This document shows positions 57,847-64,000 of a stretch of DNA of 64,000 nucleotides, piece by piece. The stretch covers positions 2,496,001 to 2,560,000 of the forward strand of contig CAWDEM010000008.1 in assembly GCA_963801355.1 (NCBI GenBank), read 5' to 3'. Position 1 is the stretch's first letter; each line of letters starts with the position of its first letter. Source of the DNA: Ignavibacteriota bacterium (GTDB lineage Bacteria; Bacteroidota; Ignavibacteria; UBA10030; UBA6906). The position numbers were made by a program, and so were the translations under genes. The notes under the pieces were generated by a model. That model made no database searches. It was not told where the DNA came from and saw only the letters and a list, made by a program, of their open reading frames with translations.

Positions 57847-60651
57847 CTACTTCACCAGAACCATCTTTCTCATCAACGCTGTGTTGTCGGTGACCAACCT
57901 GTAAAGGTACACACCGCTGGCAAACCGTGCGCCGTCAAATGCCACCTGGTGGTATCCCGGCTGTTGTTCGCCGTCCACAAGGGTCGCGACCTTCTCGCCC
58001 AGCAGGTTGTACACTTCCAGCGTCACGCGGCCTGCATGCGGAACACCGAATTCAATCTGCGTTGCAGGGTTGAATGGATTGGGATAGTTCTGTGAAAGAA
58101 TGAATTCCTTCGGCAGCTCACGCTCTGTCGCCACACCGGTGTACTGCACATTGTACGCGCGAACTTCACTGTACGGTCCCCACCCTGACACGTTCCCAGC
58201 GCGCACTTTCCAGAAGTATCGCGCATTGTTGGGAATAGACCTGACCACCTTCAGGGTGTCGGTTATGGTCGAGTCCTCGACACCAAACGTGAAGAGCGAA
58301 TCCGGTGCATACAGGAGAGTGTACTTCGTCGCTTCCGGCAGACCCTTCCGCCAGACGAAACGCACGGTGTCTCTCGTCACCAGGGCATTCGCCTCGGGGA
58401 ACACCAGTGTCACCGCGCCCGGAGGCGGAACCACGGTCCTGAAGTTCCAGGTTGTCGAGAATGGTCCCACGCCGGAGACGTTTTTCGTTCTGACACGCCA
58501 GAAGTATTTGGTGCCCGTCACAAGGCCCGACACAGCACGGACCGTGTCTGTGATTGTCGAGTCGTTGACGATCAATGCGGCCGCGAATGTGGAGTCCGTT
58601 CCCAGTTGCACATGATAGGAAATCGCGCTTGCGATTTTCGACCACCGGAGCGTCTGGCTCACAGACTGGTTTGAAGAGTTGTTTGCCGGGGCAAGGAGCG
58701 CCGGTGCTCCCGGAACGCCGGGGACTGTTGAGAATTTCCATACCGCGGAGTAGGAACCGGCTCCCTTTGAGTTCTTTCCCTTGACACGCCAGTAGTACTT
58801 TGTGTCGGTCTGCAGACCCGTCGCGTTCTTCACGGGAACCGTAAGCGCACTGTCATTCACAACCATGACTGTGAAGAGGGAGTCTTTCGCCACCTGTACG
58901 TGATATCCGGTCGCTCCAATCGTCACAGTCCATGTCAGTTGCACGGGAATCGGAAGAAACTCGCTGTTGTTCGCCGGCGTGGACAACTTTGTCTTTGCAG
59001 GGAGTGCTCCCTGGAAGGACTCTGTGAGCGAAGTGAAGTCCGGTGACGGGGTCCCCTGGTTGCCCGTGCTGACACCCACCTTGACCGGAGCAATAAAATC
59101 CCAGAAGGTGCCCGCCTGGGTCCAGGCGGTTCCGTCGAACGAATAGTCCATCGTCCATAACGCGCCGTATTGCCGCACACGCATCTGGAGAGGAGCAATG
59201 CTGGCGGGACCGATGACGACGTTGAAATGCGAAACCGGATTTTCAAGTCCGTAGAAACTCGCCGCAAAAGCACGTGTATTGGTGCCATCGTTCAGGAAGT
59301 CGAATCGCAAGAGACGGCTTGCATCTTTTTCTAACACCATGCCTTCAAACCGATACGTATCCGTCGTTCCCGACACGCCGGAGTTGAAACGGGCGATGAA
59401 CTCACGAATGTCGGAGTTGCCAAGATCCTGCATGACACGCGGGAGGTAATCTCCGTCGGACCAGAGATCATGGGAAGGGCCTCCAGGCACGCTGATTGCC
59501 AGCTGATCACTCACCATGGCAATTGTCGCATCCCCGCGGGGATCCACCACCGTCCACAGGTCGGTGTTCAATGTCGAATCACCGAAGGCGTCGGATTTGC
59601 TCGAGGCGTCGGTGATGGCCGCAGGAGTCGTCGCGGTGTAGTTGCCTGTCGTGGTGACCCTCCCTCCCTGATCGCCCGCCAGCACACGGTAGTTGTAGAG
59701 TGTTGCAGGGCTGAGGTCTGTGGCCGTCACATTATGCTCATACTTCACGTCCAGAGAGAAGAGACCCGAACCGTACGACATCGTCGTTCCGTATTCCAAT
59801 TTCCCGTCGGTCGGCTTGTCAGTATTCCACGCAACCTGCATGGCGTTGGAGGCAATTTTCAACAGCCGCACGCCGTGGACATAGGCCGGTATCGTGTCTG
59901 CCGGGGCGGGTGTGCTGTCATCCGCCGCCTTGATCGAATCAAGATTGTGGAAGTAGTCGACGACCGCCGAGAAGTCGGCAGCCTTTATGCCCGCGTTCAA
60001 CCCATAGGGTCCGACTTTGGTCACTGTCATCGCCTGACTGAACACCACAGCCGTATCCCAGGTCGTCCCGGTCAGCGAATACATAAACCGCCAGTTGTTC
60101 CCCGTACGCGAGATACGCATCCAGAGCGGCCCCTCCCCGAGGGCGGCCATCTTCTTGTTCACTTTCACGGTTGGGGAACCCAGCCCGCCGATGAACGCTG
60201 CCGCATAGGCACGGACGCTGTCAGTCGTTCCCGTCGTGAAGCAGAACTCAAGCTTGCTGGTCGCATTTTCTTCAACGAGCACGCCCTGTGCGGTGTAGGC
60301 TTCATATGTCCCACCGACCAAACCGGAGAGGAATTTCACCTCCATGTTGAAGTCCGTGTTGGTGGCCGTCTGAAGTATCCTAACGGTGTTGTCTCCATCT
60401 GTCCAGAGATTGTGTTCGGTGCCCCCCGGGGTTTTGATGGATATCGAGGCATTGGGGGTGCCGGTACTGGTCATGGAAACCCCGCCGTCACCTCTGGGAT
60501 TGACCAAAGTCCAGAGGTTTCTGTTGAAGCTGTAGGTGTTGAAATCCGTGGAAACGAATGTCGTCTTCCCTGCAAAAGCGTCACCCGCCACGACGAGTGA
60601 AACGAGTGCAAGGAGAACGATAATTGTAAACCAATTATGCGAATGCTTCAT
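57847..60651 (-). CDS. T9SS-sorted protein with two concanavalin-like domains and FN3 modules
   Basis: Two LWT(L/V)V(N/D)PRGD...H(N/D)LW repeats; EYGTTMSYG; three Y(Y/F)W(R/K)V modules; CTD QNYPNPFNP. Confidence 0.84.
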   Translation of the reverse strand: MKHSHNWFTIIVLLALVSLVVAGDAFAGKTTFVSTDFNTYSFNRNLWTLVNPRGDGGVSMTSTGTPNASISIKTPGGTEHNLWTDGDNTVRILQTATNTDFNMEVKFLSGLVGGTYEAYTAQGVLVEENATSKLEFCFTTGTTDSVRAYAAAFIGGLGSPTVKVNKKMAALGEGPLWMRISRTGNNWRFMYSLTGTTWDTAVVFSQAMTVTKVGPYGLNAGIKAADFSAVVDYFHNLDSIKAADDSTPAPADTIPAYVHGVRLLKIASNAMQVAWNTDKPTDGKLEYGTTMSYGSGLFSLDVKYEHNVTATDLSPATLYNYRVLAGDQGGRVTTTGNYTATTPAAITDASSKSDAFGDSTLNTDLWTVVDPRGDATIAMVSDQLAISVPGGPSHDLWSDGDYLPRVMQDLGNSDIREFIARFNSGVSGTTDTYRFEGMVLEKDASRLLRFDFLNDGTNTRAFAASFYGLENPVSHFNVVIGPASIAPLQMRVRQYGALWTMDYSFDGTAWTQAGTFWDFIAPVKVGVSTGNQGTPSPDFTSLTESFQGALPAKTKLSTPANNSEFLPIPVQLTWTVTIGATGYHVQVAKDSLFTVMVVNDSALTVPVKNATGLQTDTKYYWRVKGKNSKGAGSYSAVWKFSTVPGVPGAPALLAPANNSSNQSVSQTLRWSKIASAISYHVQLGTDSTFAAALIVNDSTITDTVRAVSGLVTGTKYFWRVRTKNVSGVGPFSTTWNFRTVVPPPGAVTLVFPEANALVTRDTVRFVWRKGLPEATKYTLLYAPDSLFTFGVEDSTITDTLKVVRSIPNNARYFWKVRAGNVSGWGPYSEVRAYNVQYTGVATERELPKEFILSQNYPNPFNPATQIEFGVPHAGRVTLEVYNLLGEKVATLVDGEQQPGYHQVAFDGARFASGVYLYRLVTDNTALMRKMVLVK

Positions 60652-60718
60652 TGCTGACTCCTTGTTTTATTAAGAATTCGTACACATGCGCAATATTATC
60701 CACCTCTCGTCAGTATAC

Positions 60719-61192
60719 TCACTCGATCTTTCTGAGAATGCGGGCCGGAACCCCGGCAACGATAGTATTTGCCGGGACATCTTTCGTAACCACGCTCCCG
60801 GCACCTACAACGGCATGTTCTCCAACCGTAACTCCGCATAGAATAGTGGTGTTAGTGCCTATAGAGGCACCCCTCTTGATGAGTGTCGGTACAACCTTCC
60901 AATCAGATTCGGTCTGTAGAGACCCGTCCTCCCTTGTAGACCTGGGATACTTGTCGTTAATGAACATAACCCCATGACCGACAAAAACGTCATCCTCGAT
61001 GACAACACCCTCACAAATGAACGAATGTGTGGAAATCTTGCAGTTCTTGCCCACCCGCGCATTCTTCTGTATTTCCACAAAAGTACCAATTTTTGTGCCA
61101 TCGCCGATTTCGCACCCATACAGGTTCACGAAATCGAAAATCTTGACATCCTTCCCGAGTTTAACAGAAGGGGCGATTTTCTGAAGAGACAT
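60719..61192 (-). CDS. Hexapeptide-repeat N-acetyltransferase (WbpD/WlbB-like)
   Basis: IGTFVEIQ, HSFICEGV, FINDKYPR, VGAGSVVTKDVP, GVPAR. Confidence 0.88.
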   Translation of the reverse strand: MSLQKIAPSVKLGKDVKIFDFVNLYGCEIGDGTKIGTFVEIQKNARVGKNCKISTHSFICEGVVIEDDVFVGHGVMFINDKYPRSTREDGSLQTESDWKVVPTLIKRGASIGTNTTILCGVTVGEHAVVGAGSVVTKDVPANTIVAGVPARILRKIE

Positions 61193-61239
61193 GCGCTCTG
61201 CTCCGTCTTGGATGAGTGCCAACTGTCCTCTGGCGAGGT

Positions 61240-62244
61240 CTATTGGCCGAAATTGACCATAGTCCCCCCTGCACGCAAGGACTGTTGCGCAGCCTCCAGA
61301 ATTCGAACAATTTTCATGCCAGACCAACCATCGGTCGTCGGGCGTTTGCCTGAGAGGATTGCATCCACAAATTCACTGCAGAGTAAGGTCAAAGCCTCCC
61401 CGAGCTCGATCTTCGGCGCCCACATGTCGCCGGTGCGGTATTGGACCAGGACCTTATAGATGGACTCCCGTTCCTTGATGTCCACCCCCTTGTCATAGAT
61501 CTTCACCTTCTCGCTGGGCTCCATGTCATCGTAGACCACCATGAGCTTGCTGCCGCCGATAAGGATCTTGCGCACTTTCACCGGTGACATCCAGTTCACA
61601 TGGAAGTGCGCCAGCAACTCATGCTGGTACCGGACAGTAATAAATGCGAGATCCTCGGTGTCGTTGAAATGCTTTGCCCCTATCGCAGAGACACCTATCG
61701 GATCCAGCCCGATGAGATAATCCATGATCGAGAGGTCATGCGGAGCAAGGTCCCACACCACATTGGTGTCGTGCTGGAACAAACCGAGGTTGACGCGGAC
61801 CGAATCGAAGTACAGGATCTCGCCGAGGCGCCCCTCGGAGATCAACTCCTTGATTTTGCGCACCGCACCGGTATAGATGAATGTGTGATCCACCATCAAC
61901 ACCAACTTCCTCCTGGCCGCCAGATCTACAAGCTGCTTGCACTGTGCGGAACTTTCCGCCATCGGTTTTTCGAGCAGAAGATGTTTTCCCGCCTGGAGTG
62001 CCTTCATGCCGAGTGGAAAGTGTTGCGACACCGGTGTCGCGATGGCAATCGCCTGCACATCGTCGCGATCGAGAAGGTCTTCGTATCGGCCCACTGTTTC
62101 AATCGACGGGAACCGCTGCTTGGCAACCTGCAGCCGTTTCTCCGAACAATCATAACAAACCACCCCATCGACCGATGGGGTGGAGAGGAAGTTGCGAACC
62201 AGATTGGGGCCCCAGTAACCAAACCCTACGACACCAATGTTCAT
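61240..62244 (-). CDS. Gfo/Idh/MocA oxidoreductase (nucleotide-sugar dehydrogenase, WbpB/WlbA-like)
   Basis: VGFGYWGPNL, LLEKPM, WDLAPHD. Confidence 0.88.
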   Translation of the reverse strand: MNIGVVGFGYWGPNLVRNFLSTPSVDGVVCYDCSEKRLQVAKQRFPSIETVGRYEDLLDRDDVQAIAIATPVSQHFPLGMKALQAGKHLLLEKPMAESSAQCKQLVDLAARRKLVLMVDHTFIYTGAVRKIKELISEGRLGEILYFDSVRVNLGLFQHDTNVVWDLAPHDLSIMDYLIGLDPIGVSAIGAKHFNDTEDLAFITVRYQHELLAHFHVNWMSPVKVRKILIGGSKLMVVYDDMEPSEKVKIYDKGVDIKERESIYKVLVQYRTGDMWAPKIELGEALTLLCSEFVDAILSGKRPTTDGWSGMKIVRILEAAQQSLRAGGTMVNFGQ

Positions 62245-62257
62245 AGAGGAGTGATCC

Positions 62258-63721
62258 TTATTTTGCTCCCGAGCCGAACAGCATCACCGGAAGGGTTTTG
62301 AGCAGCAATCCGAAATCCAGAAGGATCGACGCATTCTGGATGTAGTACAAATCCAGCACTACCATGTCCTGGAACCCCACCACGCTGCGTCCCGTTACCT
62401 GCCACATCCCCGTGCACCCGGGCATCACGCTCAGACGACGCTTGTGCCATTCCTCGTAGTGGTCCCATTCGTACGGCAGACAGGGGCGCGGACCGACCAG
62501 GCTCATATCGCCCTTGAGGACATTGAACAATTGCGGCAGTTCATCAAGGCTGGACTTCCGCAGGAACCGGCCGACGCGCGTGACGCGTGATTCGTTGACG
62601 ATCTTCAATGTCGATTTCCCCGCGGCCTTCAATTTCTTCTGCGTCTGTATGAATTGGATATACAGCTTCTCCCGCTCCTTGTCTTGATCACTCCCGACCT
62701 GCATGGAGCGGAACTTGTAGAACTTGAACGGTTTGCCATTCTTGCCGATCCGGGTCTGGGAGAAGAAGATCGGGCCCCGTGTATCCAGACGGACCGCCAG
62801 TGCGATGAGCCCGAACACAGGCGCGAGGAACGCCAGCCCGATGGCCGCCACCACCGAGTCAAACATACGCTTGTAGACTTCCAGGGTCGGACTCGGGCTG
62901 AAATGGGAGATTCCGACCACGGGGAGGTTTCCGTACTTCTCAATGAAGAGCCTTTCCGGAACGACATCGTAGAGGGGCGACGAGATCTTCACCACTGCAT
63001 CAGTCGATGTGGCAACATCCAACACGTTGATCAGCCGGGTGTGATCGACATTCTCGAGGCTCACGATAATCTCCTGCACCCCGAACACCTTGACAATGTC
63101 GCGCATCTCCGCTACCCTGCCGAGTACCTTGGCGCGGTTGAATACCACCTTCCCGAGTGGCAGGCTATCGTCGAGGAATCCCACCAGATTCAAACCCAGA
63201 TGATCATTCAAAAAGAGGTTGATGGCCAGATTCTTCCCGTTTTCTCCCGCGCCCACTATCAGGGCGTTACGATGGAACACCTTCCGGTGGGAGAGCCAGA
63301 GAAAAACATTCCGGAACACGATGACCCGCCCCCCGATCAGCAGCACCGTGGAGACGATGGAGAAGTACACCATCGCCAGACGGCTGTCCAGGATCCATTC
63401 CGTCCTGATGAAGAACGAGAGGAGGGCGAGGCCCAGAATGGTGAGAAAGAGAGCTTTGAGGATGCGCACTGTCTGATCGGCGACAGTGACAAAAATGTTG
63501 ACGCGGTACAGACCCATGTACTGGAACACCAGGGTTGCCACGGCGCCGAATAGGCAGAGGAATATCGCCTCCCATTCGAGGGGGGCCCCGATGAACTTGA
63601 ACTCGCCTGCGAATTCCCGTCCCCTGAGGGTAATACCGATGCCCAGCGCAGCCACAATTGTCAGCCAGTCTAGAACCAGCAGAATGTAGCTATGTGCGGG
63701 GCGTTTTTTCAGGGCAATCAT
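62258..63721 (-). CDS. Priming undecaprenyl-phosphate sugar phosphotransferase (WcaJ/WbaP-like)
   Basis: N-terminal TM helices; ALIVGAG, GFLDD; [44 protein letters not shown]. Start is 63721 or 63751. Confidence 0.92.
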   Translation of the reverse strand: MIALKKRPAHSYILLVLDWLTIVAALGIGITLRGREFAGEFKFIGAPLEWEAIFLCLFGAVATLVFQYMGLYRVNIFVTVADQTVRILKALFLTILGLALLSFFIRTEWILDSRLAMVYFSIVSTVLLIGGRVIVFRNVFLWLSHRKVFHRNALIVGAGENGKNLAINLFLNDHLGLNLVGFLDDSLPLGKVVFNRAKVLGRVAEMRDIVKVFGVQEIIVSLENVDHTRLINVLDVATSTDAVVKISSPLYDVVPERLFIEKYGNLPVVGISHFSPSPTLEVYKRMFDSVVAAIGLAFLAPVFGLIALAVRLDTRGPIFFSQTRIGKNGKPFKFYKFRSMQVGSDQDKEREKLYIQFIQTQKKLKAAGKSTLKIVNESRVTRVGRFLRKSSLDELPQLFNVLKGDMSLVGPRPCLPYEWDHYEEWHKRRLSVMPGCTGMWQVTGRSVVGFQDMVVLDLYYIQNASILLDFGLLLKTLPVMLFGSGAK

Positions 63722-64000
63722 GACTTTTTTTCTCCCCTCTGAAAGACTCATACCAGAAAGGCTTGTTAATGTACGATTTGGACTGCCGAAAATCAACCGA
63801 CTGAGTTTCTCACAATCAGGACATCAAGGTGATACAATGTAGAAAAGACAAGACCGGAGAACAGTGAGCTACGTCACAAGTGCAAAACCGGCCTGCTTCC
63901 CACAGTCCCAAACCCCTCCCGTGACAATGGTGAGCAATCATGGTACACAACAGCCGGCCAGAAGTCCTCATATACAGGGCTCTTGCGAAACACGCGCGCC

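Overview
GC-rich bacterial DNA, probably from an FCB-group (Ignavibacteria/Bacteroidota-like) organism. This is inferred from nine proteins with type IX secretion (T9SS)-like C-terminal domains, a PorV-like gene and a TonB-dependent receptor. No rRNA, tRNA, CRISPR array, transposase or integrase was seen. Four blocks are present. (1) 1-3145: S9 peptidase, a candidate structured ncRNA, apaG, panD and a lipoprotein. (2) 3234-16659, minus strand: an apparent cyanophycin-scavenging locus with an M20 peptidase, a signal-peptide cyanophycinase, a YfcC-type transporter, an RpiR regulator, a TonB-dependent receptor, a PorV-like protein and three T9SS cargo proteins. Its two promoters share an identically placed operator-like motif. 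(3) 16701-22209: a metallophosphoesterase, a PDZ-TM-GAF-PP2C phosphatase and a FadL-type porin. (4) 22349-63721: a ~41 kb surface-glycan region with a priming transferase, Wzx, glycosyltransferases, a CDP-sugar cassette, four methyltransferases, an amidotransferase and WbpB/WbpD-like enzymes. Six large T9SS-secreted FN3/lectin/beta-helix proteins lie within or beside it. All calls come from motif recognition by eye; no database searches were run.
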